Part shown: positions 19,161-29,292 of the stretch, in pieces
How positions within the stretch are numbered: the stretch's first letter is position 1
How the letters are laid out: every line of letters begins with the position of its first letter
Origin: an uncultured Chlamydiae bacterium
GTDB lineage: Bacteria > Chlamydiota > Chlamydiia > Chlamydiales > JAJFMB01
NCBI GenBank assembly: GCA_963696295.1
Contig: CAVOJR010000002.1
Coordinates: forward strand, 1-64,000
DNA: 64,000 nt
Direction of reading: 5' to 3'
Translations under genes and position numbers: made by a program
The notes under the pieces: generated by a model
What the model saw: only the letters and a program-made list of their open reading frames with translations
Databases searched by the model: none
What the model was told of the DNA's origin: nothing

Positions 19161-19544
19161 ATGGATAGTGCCGCTTTTTCAACATCTTGTGATGCTCTGA
19201 GTAAAACCCATAAATTAGAAGCCTCCAATAACGAAATTCCTCAATATGGTAACTGCATTACTTCTGTGAAGTATCTTATCCAAAAGTCTTCCTATGCTTT
19301 TTTGCCTCGTGTATGGGTTGGGGACCTGCCGCGTGTGCTTATATCTCATTGTTGGAAATTAATATTGATCAACTTGCTGAGATGCAGAGGGGAGACCTTC
19401 TTTTTTTACGGGATGAAAACCATCCATATCGAATCTTACTGTGACGCACTGTCCCGCGAAAGTCTCTGGGAAAAGATTTGGAAGAAGAATCAGATTTTCT
19501 GCTCATTTTATGGAAATCGAAAGAACAAATGTAAATTTTGCTAA
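19161..19544 (+). pseudogene. Possible degraded NlpC/P60-like gene
   Basis: GNCITSVKYL...LPRVWVGDLPR pattern, followed by an apparent frameshift. Confidence 0.25.
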
Positions 19545-19821
19545 TTATAAAGTCGAAAATTTGTTAAAATTAAAATTAATTGGTTGTTTAAATGTAACAC
19601 TTAATGCTTTAAATCGAGTTAAATAAATAGTTATGTTTGCTCTCTAATCTGATTCTATGTATAGTCTTGTCCTGCAATATGTTAAGAAATATTGAAGATA
19701 GTTTTCAAAAATATTTTTCATTTTACACTCGCCCTCGTCAGCCTAACCATGTGCTGAATGAATAAATATTTTGATATTATTAGCAGATCGAGAATGTATA
19801 GAATAAATAAATAAAAAAGGA

Positions 19822-20355
19822 GTGCATATGAATTTATTTAATAAATATTTAGGAATTTCAACTGCGGGAATTTTAATTTTTGGTAATTTACTTGCTGATA
19901 ATTATGATGATTCTGAAACTACGGAGTTTGAGCCTCTCGAGCATGAAACTTTAATGTATCAAGCTGAAATGATGGCTAAAGGAGGTAACGAAAAGGACAT
20001 AAATAAACTAGCTCAAGATGCTGTTGATGTTTGTTATAACGCGTACAAAAACGATTTTGATAGGGCAATTGCTCAAGAAAAAGAAAAATTAGCTGGCATG
20101 GGAGCATCAAATTCAAGTGCTGCAAAACTGATTCCAGTCGAGTATTCAAAAAAATTTGCCACAGTAATCATTAATCAAATTGATAGTTTAGCACAAAAGT
20201 TATCTGCTAATGACAAAAATGTGTTTTGGAATGCTTCTGAACAGCATATTAAAAAGGTTTTAGGGAATTACTGCCTAGGGCATGGTGCCAGCTCAACAGT
20301 GGCATTAAATGAGCATATCGAAAACCTCATTAAATTGAAGAAAACATTTGGTTAA
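19822..20355 (+). CDS. Hypothetical secreted protein
   Basis: AGGAG RBS, signal-peptide-like N-terminus, downstream hairpin. Confidence 0.6.
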   Translation: MHMNLFNKYLGISTAGILIFGNLLADNYDDSETTEFEPLEHETLMYQAEMMAKGGNEKDINKLAQDAVDVCYNAYKNDFDRAIAQEKEKLAGMGASNSSAAKLIPVEYSKKFATVIINQIDSLAQKLSANDKNVFWNASEQHIKKVLGNYCLGHGASSTVALNEHIENLIKLKKTFG

Positions 20356-20383
20356 TAAAAAATCAAGCTAGATTTATTTTAAT

Positions 20384-20415
20384 AGCTCCTTTCTCCTTCT
20401 TAAGGAAAAGGAGCT
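20384..20415 (+). terminator. Probable intrinsic terminator hairpin
   Basis: AGCTCCTTTCTCCTT...AAGGAAAAGGAGCT inverted repeat followed by a T-rich tract. Confidence 0.55.
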
Positions 20416-20466
20416 TATTATTTACCTTAAAAAGATTGTTAAAAAACAAAGAGAATATTTAAATTT

Positions 20467-21567
20467 ATGTTCAAGTATTCATTTTTTATTTTTATAAATA
20501 TTATATTCACACTAAATGCTGCAACTCCGGTATACAAAGTTTATGATCTAGGTACTCTTGAGACAGATGCAAGTATGGCTTTAGCTATCAATGACAACGG
20601 AGAAGTGTTGGGGTGTTACCACGATAGGGGAAAGTGGTATATATTTATATGGAATCGAGTAGAAGGCCTTAAAACTATCGAATCTCCATATCCATATTGC
20701 CATTTTGGAAAATTCAATAATAAAAGTCACTTTGTTATGCAATATATTCAGGATAACAAATACAAAGCATATTACTGGGATGAGGAATGGGGTTTTATTT
20801 CCATATTTCCTAGAGATGCTGTTGATATTATTGATTTTAACGACAATGATCAAATAATAATTCGTGTGAAAAATTCAGAGAATTGTTGGAGGGAAAAATA
20901 CTATGTATGGAATAAAGGGGAAATTTCTGATATTGAATCAATTTTCTCGCAAGAAATGAACAGTGAGTGGCATTTTTGCTGTCTTACTGCAATAAATAAT
21001 CTTGGAGAAATTGCAGTAATTGCTCAAACACAAATTGACACTCCTAATGATAAAAAAACAATACTCAAGTCATTTCTCTATGTTGATGGAAAATTTAAAA
21101 TTCTTCTACCTGAAGTAGGGTCGGAAGCAAATGTCGAAATTCAAAATCTGGACGATGAAAGAAATGTGATCGTTAATATTGATGGAATTTGTTACTTCTA
21201 TAGCCCCAAAAAAAGAATTAAAGCTTATTTTTTTAATGGAAATATGGGTTATAAATTGAAAAATGGCATTCCAGTATGTTATGACCGCTTACCAAGTCAT
21301 TTAAAAATGAACGAAAAAGGTGAACGATATTTTTGTCCCGGTCTCCAAATTGGAAAAATATTAGATACGCAAGGAACAGGTTATATAAAAAATAGCTGTG
21401 ATGGTTATGGTGTAGCAATATATGACCAAAATTCTAAAGGGTATGTTGTGGGTAGCATGGATACAATTTATCCCTCATGGCATGCCTTTATCGCTATTCC
21501 TGAAGAACAGACAGGGTCAAAACCCAAAATGAGCTCAGAATCTCAGCTGAGTAAAAAAGATTATTAG
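20467..21567 (+). CDS. Secreted HAF-repeat (beta-propeller-like) protein
   Basis: Signal peptide; YDLGTL..ALAINDNGEVLG, AINNLGEIA, NSKGYVVG..WHAFI repeats. Confidence 0.75.
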   Translation: MFKYSFFIFINIIFTLNAATPVYKVYDLGTLETDASMALAINDNGEVLGCYHDRGKWYIFIWNRVEGLKTIESPYPYCHFGKFNNKSHFVMQYIQDNKYKAYYWDEEWGFISIFPRDAVDIIDFNDNDQIIIRVKNSENCWREKYYVWNKGEISDIESIFSQEMNSEWHFCCLTAINNLGEIAVIAQTQIDTPNDKKTILKSFLYVDGKFKILLPEVGSEANVEIQNLDDERNVIVNIDGICYFYSPKKRIKAYFFNGNMGYKLKNGIPVCYDRLPSHLKMNEKGERYFCPGLQIGKILDTQGTGYIKNSCDGYGVAIYDQNSKGYVVGSMDTIYPSWHAFIAIPEEQTGSKPKMSSESQLSKKDY

Positions 21568-21929
21568 ATTTTGTAAGAAATGTCGGTAAACAACCATTTA
21601 ATGAGATATTTCACACAACAAAAAGTCTCCGCCATTAGAGACACAACTATAAAACTCATAAACCATCTAATTTCGTATAGCCTTGATTCATGATAGGCAT
21701 CTAATAAACACTTTATTACTAAGAAATGTTGAACAAACAATAAACACATGATTGAATATCCGAATAAAGCACGGTTATTTAACTTCCATCGATAATCATC
21801 ATTACGAATTTTTAAAAGATCGGTGTTATAGTCTTTTTTTGTTTTATTGTTTTCAAGCCTTTTGGGTTTAAAATTGGTTAAATCCTTAGGAAGTGTATCC
21901 CCTGGATTTTTAGAATTTTCATCACTCAT
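21564..21929 (-). CDS. Small two-TM membrane protein
   Basis: Charged N-terminus followed by two hydrophobic segments; start overlaps the peptidase stop by 8 bp. Confidence 0.65.
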   Translation of the reverse strand: MSDENSKNPGDTLPKDLTNFKPKRLENNKTKKDYNTDLLKIRNDDYRWKLNNRALFGYSIMCLLFVQHFLVIKCLLDAYHESRLYEIRWFMSFIVVSLMAETFCCVKYLIKWLFTDISYKI

Positions 21930-22434
21930 AGTGGTCCAATAATCCTAAATTTTTTAGGCGGTAATGAGCAGCAGTTGAAGAAACATCACAGCGTTTTGCA
22001 ATTTCATTAATATCCCCTATTGCTCTCCATAAAACTGTGATCACTGGTTTTGGCATAAGTAGACTTGCAGCAAAACAATTTGCTTCTTGTTCAAGTATTC
22101 TTTCTTCTTTTTCTATTCGATCGATGTCATAGCGAAAGAAAGTTTCATAAGGTTTTGAATCATGCAGATAAAAATGACCTAGCTCGTGAGCAACTGTAAA
22201 TGCTTTTCGAGCATAAGAATCATTTTCTTTTATGTAGATTGTTTTGTTGCTTTTATCATAGGCTCCTGAAACATCTTCTTCTTGGAAACGGCCTTGTTTC
22301 AAAGTTAACCCAGCAAATTCGATGATTAAGTTAAGCTGAATAGGAGGTACAACATCTTCTTTTCCATATGCATCAACGAGGATATCCCAAGTCATACACT
22401 CAATTTCTTCAATTTTATCTCTTGTTAACACCAT
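21922..22434 (-). CDS. ImmA/IrrE-family zinc metallopeptidase (M78/DUF955)
   Basis: RKAFTVAHELGH, EQEANCFAASLLMP, and C-terminal HTH EIAKRCDVSSTAAHYRL. Confidence 0.9.
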   Translation of the reverse strand: MVLTRDKIEEIECMTWDILVDAYGKEDVVPPIQLNLIIEFAGLTLKQGRFQEEDVSGAYDKSNKTIYIKENDSYARKAFTVAHELGHFYLHDSKPYETFFRYDIDRIEKEERILEQEANCFAASLLMPKPVITVLWRAIGDINEIAKRCDVSSTAAHYRLKNLGLLDHYE

Positions 22435-22535
22435 ATTTATCCATCAATAACCATAAATTATGTAATAACATAAAAATTTAAATATCATTTAGCTGATTTA
22501 TCATTGTTATTATTGTATGTAAGTTGATGATTAAA

Positions 22536-23509
22536 TCAAAGCCCAACATGAGCAGCAGCATTTTGCTCTAATTCCCTGCTCAGTCTCTCGTATTTTTTAT
22601 GAGTATTGATGCTCTTGTGTCCTGTTTGCCTAATGACTATTGTGTCCACTCCCTTTTTGATTGCAGTAGTGACTAAACCAGCCCTCAGGGAGTGACCGGC
22701 CACTTTTTCTTCGAAGCCAAAGGGAGCTGCTAGCTTCTTTATGATAGTGGCGACGCTTTTATCACTGAGCCTTTGAGGGGCTATTCTCCCCACTTTATCG
22801 ATGGGGGAAAATAGGCCCTTCAGTTATCTTTCCGGCCTTGATCCAGTTTTTGAGAGCCGTTAGAGGGCAAAGCGTAGTGATCTTGCCCTAAGGGATGTCT
22901 ACAAAGCGACCCTCTTGGTTTTGATCGGTTTTAGACTTCCCAAGGAAAATGGTGATCCCGTCAGTACTGAACTCAACATGTTCTAAATTCATGCCGACAA
23001 GCTCACTTCTCCTGAAAGCTCCAGCAAATCCAAGCTTGAGAGCCTTGTCCCGTACATTGATTGCTTTTGACTGATCATGGACAGATTCAAGCATTTGGTC
23101 CTCAGTATATAGCGCTTTCTTTTGGTCTGTTTAGTACCGAGGGCGCGTTTAATCCCTGCCATTGCCTCGCGGATGCGGATGTGTCTAGTATCAGCATTGA
23201 TGCCCTGTTCGAGGTGGAAGTAGCGAATGCCGGCGACGTAGCATTCTAAGCTTGCAACCGACAGCGCCTGCTCTTTGCCATGTCGCAAATAAACATGCCG
23301 ATCAGCAGCTCATATTGGCCTTTAGGAAAATCGATGGAGTCATAGCCATGCTCAGCGCACCACGATTGATATTTCTTCCAAGCAAAACGATAAGCTCTAA
23401 CCGAATTTGCAGATTTTGCTTGTTTTGTAAAGTCCATGAAACTCTTAATATGATTCTGATAATTTCTCATATCTGAGTAATTATTTTCTTGTAAAATTAG
23501 TTGTTCCAT
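22536..23509 (-). pseudogene. Fragmented tyrosine recombinase (Cre-like/plasmid resolvase type)
   Basis: Four consecutive ORF pieces: SANSVRAY..WKKYQSWC, RDKAL..GFAGAFRRSELV, KSKTDQ..EG, GHSLRAGLVT..QTGHKS. Confidence 0.85.
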
Positions 23510-23713
23510 AGATCCTCAAACATGGTTGATAGCGTAAAGAATATCACTTAACGGAACCAACATAAAAAAAGATAAAAAGATTTGGCATTTGGGATAGGGT
23601 GTCGAAGCACCTCACCCCGTGATGTGACAGAAAAGTGATGCAGAAAAACAGGATTAACAGTATTTTTGGTAAATATGGAAATCACTTCAATGCTGAATCA
23701 GTAAGGAAAATAA

Positions 23714-24031
23714 ATGGCCCGAAAACCAAAAAGTGAAACTCACGGTGGAATAATCCCTTCCACAAAGAAAAACCCCTCTCCAAAAACAAAGCAGACAAAT
23801 CAGAAAGCAGCTACAAAAAAACAGCTGTCTTCAGTCAAAGATCGCATGACCGTTCAGATATGCCTGGATGTCATAGAAGGCGTAAAAGATATCGTTTATT
23901 GGCATCGTCTAACAATCGCACAATTTGTGGAAGATGCCCTCAGAGAAGCAATTACCAAGGCTGAGAATAAAAATGGGGGAACATTTAAGAAAAGGGAAGC
24001 CCAGCTCAGAGCCGGACGTCCCCTCAAATAA
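23714..24031 (+). CDS. Small basic RHH-like protein (plasmid partition/regulator-like)
   Basis: Disordered basic N-terminus, then RMTVQICLDVIEGVKD..TIAQFVEDALRE. Confidence 0.55.
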   Translation: MARKPKSETHGGIIPSTKKNPSPKTKQTNQKAATKKQLSSVKDRMTVQICLDVIEGVKDIVYWHRLTIAQFVEDALREAITKAENKNGGTFKKREAQLRAGRPLK

Positions 24032-24035
24032 TAAA

Positions 24036-24063
24036 TTCATTGATAAGTAATATCATGTTATTT
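24036..24063 (+). other. dif-like (XerC/XerD) site, degenerate
   Basis: TTCATTGATAA-GTAATA-TCATGTTATTT, 11-6-11 layout. Confidence 0.4.
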
Positions 24064-24483
24064 TTTGACATGCATTATTTGTTTATTATCGTATGAATAT
24101 ACCTTCCCCCATGTATATTTATGGATGAAGTGATCTTTTTTCTGTTCAAGGTCATAAGAAATACCTGTTATACTATCATTAACAATGATGACTTGTTTAC
24201 CTTGTTCTGTTCCGTCCAGTGCCGTCACAATTACTCCATCAGCGTAAACACCAACATGACACGTAACACCTTCTTCTGTTACGATATATCTGATGATATT
24301 TGTTTCAGTCTTTTCATCTTTCTTTGATTTTAGGTCTATCATGAAATCATTAATATCTTTGAGTAAACCAATTTCAAAGCCATGATCTGAAGGAGAACCA
24401 AAATTTTCCTCAACTGGAAGACTTGAAAAAGCATAACCAGAAACACATAATAAAGTTAATAAAACAGCTGTTAATTTTTTCAT
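24058..24483 (-). CDS. Hypothetical secreted protein
   Basis: MKKLTAVLLTLLCVSGYAFS signal peptide. Confidence 0.65.
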   Translation of the reverse strand: MKKLTAVLLTLLCVSGYAFSSLPVEENFGSPSDHGFEIGLLKDINDFMIDLKSKKDEKTETNIIRYIVTEEGVTCHVGVYADGVIVTALDGTEQGKQVIIVNDSITGISYDLEQKKDHFIHKYTWGKVYSYDNKQIMHVKK

Positions 24484-24543
24484 AAATTCACATTTTTAAT
24501 ATATAATAAAAATAGATTGTATTTGATTTTAATTTAAAGAGTC

Positions 24544-24927
24544 CTAACTCAAAGAAACACCTTTCACATATTCATTCTCATCGTACCAAACCTTGACACA
24601 GAAATATTCTACCTTATCAAGACCTTCAATAGGCGTCCCGACAGCTTCCCAAATCCCAAGGGTAGCAACATCAAGAACTCCATGCATTAAAGCTCTTGCA
24701 GCAGAACCGCGTTCATTTTTGAATTGGTAAACTTCAATCAAGTCACCATTTGGCATTCGGTCACTATTTATGATTTTTCCTCCAAGACAAATAAACTGGT
24801 TCCGAGTTTTGCATTGCTGAACTTTAGATATATTTGTTCCATCTTTCTTTGCTGCCATGACAACAGAACATGAAGAAAGAACGCATAATGAGATAAAAAT
24901 AAAACAAAAACAAAATAGTTTTTTCAT
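24544..24927 (-). CDS. Hypothetical lipoprotein
   Basis: MKK + hydrophobic stretch + LSSC lipobox. Confidence 0.7.
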   Translation of the reverse strand: MKKLFCFCFIFISLCVLSSCSVVMAAKKDGTNISKVQQCKTRNQFICLGGKIINSDRMPNGDLIEVYQFKNERGSAARALMHGVLDVATLGIWEAVGTPIEGLDKVEYFCVKVWYDENEYVKGVSLS

Positions 24928-25080
24928 TGTATTATAACCTTTTATATTTTTACATAAATCATTAAAACTTATTAACCATTAATTTAAAGACAACCTTGAA
25001 AATCATGGCTAACACATAAATGAAGGTATTATCAGAAATACTGGTATTTACTGTAAATTGATATGATTTTTTGAGAAGCT

Positions 25081-25513
25081 CTAAAAGGGAATGCCGTCTT
25101 CCTCGTTTTTCTCTTGAGCTCCTGAATGAGTGGACATGCTTGCGACATATTCGCCCTTTTCAGCAGACTCTGAGGAGGGCAAGAAGTTCACGTCAGAGAC
25201 AAAGATTGTTAGGTCGATTTCATGATTACAGTCTTTTAAACCAGACAGCTTGACGGCGTTTTCCCAGGCCGTACTTATGCCAGTGGGTCTTTTGCCATCT
25301 TTGCTTGGAAACACGTAATAGCTGAATATAGGCCTTTTAAGCCTCTCCTTACGCAAAAGGGCAACGAGGTTAGGATTTAGTGAGACGGACCGGGATTCCC
25401 CGTTCTTGGTCTCGCGGAATATGGCTATGGAGCGCTGAAAGTCGATATCCTCCCAGTGAAGATTGAGAATCTCCCCCTTCATTGCCCAGGTACTTAGCGC
25501 AAATAATACGAAA
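25081..25513 (-). pseudogene. Internal fragment of a phage-type tyrosine integrase
   Basis: FVLFALSTWAMKGEILNLHWEDIDF...ETKNGESRSV...AWENA; the box-I catalytic Arg position reads Met and no HxxR box follows. Confidence 0.8.
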
Positions 25514-25567
25514 TGCTAGAAGCGGGACTCGAACCCGCACGGGCCGAAGCCCAAGGGATTTTAAGTC
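25514..25567 (-). pseudogene. 3' half of tRNA-Leu(TAA); att-site remnant
   Basis: Minus strand GACTTAAAATCCCTTGGGCTTCGGCCCGTGCGGGTTCGAGTCCCGCTTCTAGCA contains the anticodon loop, long variable arm, T arm and 3' acceptor strand; the D arm and 5' acceptor strand are absent. Confidence 0.85.
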
Positions 25568-25585
25568 TCGCCTCGTTGACCTTGC

Positions 25586-25606
25586 TGACCTCGCCCCCAA
25601 AAACAG
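25586..25606 (+). mobile_element. IS3-family-like terminal inverted repeat
   Basis: TGACCTCGCCCCCAAAAACAG, 19/21 identical to the reverse complement of 28000..28020. Confidence 0.65.
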
Positions 25607-25627
25607 GTCCACTCTAATGTAGAAAAC

Positions 25628-26458
25628 ATGCTATCCTTGGACAATGACAAATGTTTTTTGAATGTGAGGAAAATGACAGCACAGTATGAATATGTTTATC
25701 AAATAAAAGAGGAATCTTACTATCCATTAAAAGGAAGCTATGTTAATACGCCATTTCGCGTGGATGAAACGCTAGAGCAAAATGATGAAACTAAAGGAAA
25801 GAGGTGTCTGGAAACTTTTATTGCAAAAGGGGGGCAATTCCATCATCTGGATCCAAATAGGGTAGATCGTTTCGTCCTGTTTCCAAACGACATTGTCTAC
25901 CCCAGCTGTTCAGCAGGTTATAATCGTTCTCAAACTTTATTTGTCATCTTATCCAATTTTTCCATTACTCTTTTCGCCCCTCATGCGACGCGTCTTGGTT
26001 TTGATCCCTATAATGATAAAGCTAACTGGCACGTAAACAAAGAAAAAGACAAAGAAGCCGACGGATTTGCAAAGTGGGCCAATCGAGAAAGGGAAACACG
26101 CTTTGGCTTTGATCATTTTAAATATCTATTTGATGAAAATCCCTCAATTGAAACGTTAAGGGAAATTAGAAAGTATTTTGACGATCATTATTTTGGACCT
26201 AGTATAGGAAACGAGATGAAAGATCGCAGACGTGTGTATATCACATTTGCACAAAATGCACATGTGATCATCCACCGTCTTAACCAAACTAATGAGGAAC
26301 TCAATCATGTTGTGGTTGTTAGTATCGATCTGGATGATTATATTGGCAAGCCGCTGGATGCAAATGTGGGAAGTAATAGTGAGATAGCCTTTGCAATTTT
26401 TTCCCAAATTCTAATGCGATTGATTGACGTTACTCAACTGATCAAGAGCGATAAGTGA
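25628..26458 (+). CDS. Hypothetical protein with a CX5R phosphatase-like loop
   Basis: 276-aa ORF containing SCSAGYNRSQ. Confidence 0.55.
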   Translation: MLSLDNDKCFLNVRKMTAQYEYVYQIKEESYYPLKGSYVNTPFRVDETLEQNDETKGKRCLETFIAKGGQFHHLDPNRVDRFVLFPNDIVYPSCSAGYNRSQTLFVILSNFSITLFAPHATRLGFDPYNDKANWHVNKEKDKEADGFAKWANRERETRFGFDHFKYLFDENPSIETLREIRKYFDDHYFGPSIGNEMKDRRRVYITFAQNAHVIIHRLNQTNEELNHVVVVSIDLDDYIGKPLDANVGSNSEIAFAIFSQILMRLIDVTQLIKSDK

Positions 26459-26624
26459 GGGAGAAAACTGAATTTGAAGGAAAAAAAGATTTCCTTCATC
26501 CAGAGAAAGAATCCGGCAAACAAATGTCCCATTGATCAAAACCATTTTTAGAAATGTTTGAATGTAAGGATCAAAAATAGAACAGTAGAGGAATATAGAT
26601 TATTTAGAGTCAGCCACTTAATCA

Positions 26625-26652
26625 ACGCTCGATAATAAGGGTTATGTTGGAT
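26625..26652 (+). other. dif-like (XerC/XerD) site
   Basis: ACGCTCGATAA-TAAGGG-TTATGTTGGAT; the right arm resembles the canonical XerD arm TTATGTTAAAT. Confidence 0.6.
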
Positions 26653-26873
26653 GAAGACTCTTTTCCATCATCATTGCGTGATGATTTGTCGAATAGCATT
26701 AATTTCTTAAACTGAAATCGCGATCTAAGTATTGAAGGCTGGTTTTCTTGAGTGAATTCTATTTCGTGCAATAGCCCTCATTGCACCTTAAAAAATTCGA
26801 TTTTACACATTTTGTTGCTATCATTCATTATGTTTACATATAATCTTTTCTCATCCAGTTAACAGAGGTTCGT

Positions 26874-27302
26874 ATGACAAGTGTATCGCCCTATACATGC
26901 GGAGTGAGTTATCCGCTCAATTCCCATATGCACATGGCTTTGTCGGGAAGAACCATTGCTAACCATCAGAAATACACTATTTCCTTCAAAACAGGGGCTG
27001 ATGATTCACTTGTCGGCGATATAGAAAAAAATCGTTGGGTCCATTCCAATGTTCGCATCATCGTGGCTAAAGATACTGTTTTAACTGATGAATTTCTCGA
27101 CTCTCCTTATTCAGTCACCTATGATTCTGAATCCAAAGTTATCGTTGTTGGGCGTTATGGTCTGCCAGGCGGTAGTAATGATGGGGAAATAGTGGAGACT
27201 AAAAAGAAAAAAGTACTTTTTTGGCTTAAAGTAACTCATAAAGTGTGTAAAATTGTACTGAATTTTGTTAAAATTGTGCGCATTTTAGTCGAAAAAAATT
27301 AA
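26874..27302 (+). CDS. Hypothetical protein
   Basis: 142-aa ORF with a GAGG RBS. Confidence 0.5.
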   Translation: MTSVSPYTCGVSYPLNSHMHMALSGRTIANHQKYTISFKTGADDSLVGDIEKNRWVHSNVRIIVAKDTVLTDEFLDSPYSVTYDSESKVIVVGRYGLPGGSNDGEIVETKKKKVLFWLKVTHKVCKIVLNFVKIVRILVEKN

Positions 27303-27309
27303 ATCTGCA

Positions 27310-28020
27310 TCCCCTGGCTGCTCTATTATTATCGAAACATGGAATTCACGGGCGAATAAACTCTGTTAAGCCCGCTATCAGATCCCTTTTTAAAACGGTG
27401 TATCAGGAGATATTTAAAAGTCATGCCGATCAGAGTGGCAAGACGAAGTGGAAACTGTCTGACCTATGTCGAGAACGTCCATGATTGGGCATCAGCTAAA
27501 TTTGGAATTCACGACGTCCTATTCCTCTTATTATCTGCATGAGCAATCTGCAGATGATTAATAATCTCATATTCCATCAGCAAAATAGTTACAGTTTTTA
27601 TGGTTTTTTAATGAATAGTCCTTTTCCAACCAATTAAGAGCAGGTTGTCCGCTCTTCCTTATCTTCTGCCTTTCTGGTGATGTATCGCCCTACTGACCTA
27701 TGCAAATCAACCAACTTGAAAGCGCGCCTTTTGGCCGTACTCCTTTATTAAGACCTCCAAAGCGCGCTTTATCTTAGGGCTTACCACTTTTTGCGGACAT
27801 CCTTTGCAATGTCTAATGCTTGATCAGCTACAAGGCGTTTAAGCTTACTATTTTCAGCTTCAAGGCGTGCCTCAGAGACCTCCATCCCTTAATTTAGCTC
27901 AGTTGTAGTAAGAAGAGAATTCCATGTTTTCAGCATACCTCTTAGGGGAATACCCGAATCAAAGGATGTTTTTAATTTGTTCTTCTGTAAATCTTTATGC
28001 TGTTTTCGGGGGCAAGGTCA
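27310..28020 (-). mobile_element. Degraded IS3-family insertion sequence
   Basis: IR at 28000..28020; minus-strand remnants RFTEEQI and GMEVSEARLEAENSKLKRLVADQALDI..KKW typical of IS3 OrfA; left boundary approximate. Confidence 0.75.
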
Positions 28021-28150
28021 CAATTTGGCCATGAAAAACTAATTAATTTTATAAAAAAAATATTAATTTATGGGTTAAAATGGGTTAATATAAAAAATCT
28101 ATTACTACATAATGTCATTAGTAATATAATGTGTAATTAGGGGGTGGAAA

Positions 28151-28867
28151 ATGGAAGATCTTACTGCACATAAACATGTTATTCCAAATCAACCTATTCC
28201 TCAACCTGTTATTCCAAATAAACCTGTTCAGGCAGAAAAAGAAGTGGAAAAGAAACTGGCTGATACAGTTTTACAATCTCGGGAAGGCCTCCAATATCAA
28301 AAGCTTCAGCGTCAAGGGTCAATAAATCCTGAAACTGGCATTGCTGGCATTGGCCCTAAAGTACTTAAGACGGAAACGTTAGTAAGGGAATGTTTTGAGG
28401 CGGCAGATACAGCTACCGGTTATGAAGGGGCTATGATGGATGACAATATGACCCGTGACTGGTACAATGCTTGCATGGATCATTTTAAGACCCTTCAGCC
28501 GGAATTAGACAGAAAGTTGTCAGCAAAAGAATTGACCTTAAGTGAGTATGCCAAAATTGCCTATAATGTCAGACATGAGGCTAGAACGCATACTAGAGAA
28601 CTTATGGAAGATAGAAGAGCGTTGGCATGGATTAAAGCTAGGGACTTGCAAGATTATGGCCATGAGGATGGTCCTCAATTTGATGAGCTCGTGAACAAGG
28701 CGGTGGCTAAAGGGAAGAGCATTGACGATGCCTATCGCAAAGTGATTGCATCCTCTACCCATACTAACAAATGGGTTAATGCGTTTTTATCAACCGTAAA
28801 GGTGACTAAATCAGTGGGAGAAAGTGTACATGCGTTTTTAAACACTATGATGGTGGATCTTGAATAA
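28151..28867 (+). CDS. Hypothetical protein, polymorphic-toxin-like C-terminal domain
   Basis: AYNVRHEARTHTRELMED...GPQFDEL...GKSIDDAYRKVIASSTHTN pattern; low-complexity N-terminus. Confidence 0.5.
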   Translation: MEDLTAHKHVIPNQPIPQPVIPNKPVQAEKEVEKKLADTVLQSREGLQYQKLQRQGSINPETGIAGIGPKVLKTETLVRECFEAADTATGYEGAMMDDNMTRDWYNACMDHFKTLQPELDRKLSAKELTLSEYAKIAYNVRHEARTHTRELMEDRRALAWIKARDLQDYGHEDGPQFDELVNKAVAKGKSIDDAYRKVIASSTHTNKWVNAFLSTVKVTKSVGESVHAFLNTMMVDLE

Positions 28868-29159
28868 AAGGAGAAAGGGTATGGATCCTCTAAAAGAATT
28901 TCTTGGTGAAGTGGGGATGATCCCAGAAGTGGATAAACAGGCTTATAAAGACCTTGAAGCAAAGGTCTTTGCAGTCGCCGTCAACTGGCAGCGTTCCACT
29001 GATGCCAAATTTCCTGTTAAATCTGAAGTGGGAAACCATCAATGGAAATTGCGCATCAATGATTTTCCGGTTGAAGAATATAAATACACACTCTTTGTGG
29101 ATGACCGCGCTGTTTTATCCTTTAATAAACCACCTTCAAACTGGACCTTTCCCGGCTAA
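28860..29159 (+). CDS. Small hypothetical protein, candidate immunity protein
   Basis: Coupled to the upstream ORF; WKLRINDFP..YTLFVD...PSNW. Confidence 0.5.
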   Translation: MNKRRKGMDPLKEFLGEVGMIPEVDKQAYKDLEAKVFAVAVNWQRSTDAKFPVKSEVGNHQWKLRINDFPVEEYKYTLFVDDRAVLSFNKPPSNWTFPG

Positions 29160-29292
29160 ATAGATTGAGTGCCTCTCCACACTCAGGGCTTCCAAAGAAA
29201 AGCCAATTCTTGCGCCCTATTTTCTTTATAAATATATTGACATTATAATAAAATTATAATAAAATTTGTACAATTAAATAATTGTAAAGATA

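Noticed and set aside
25514..25600. Functional tRNA-Leu gene
   Set aside because: The upstream sequence cannot form the D arm or pair with the acceptor strand; only the 3' half is present
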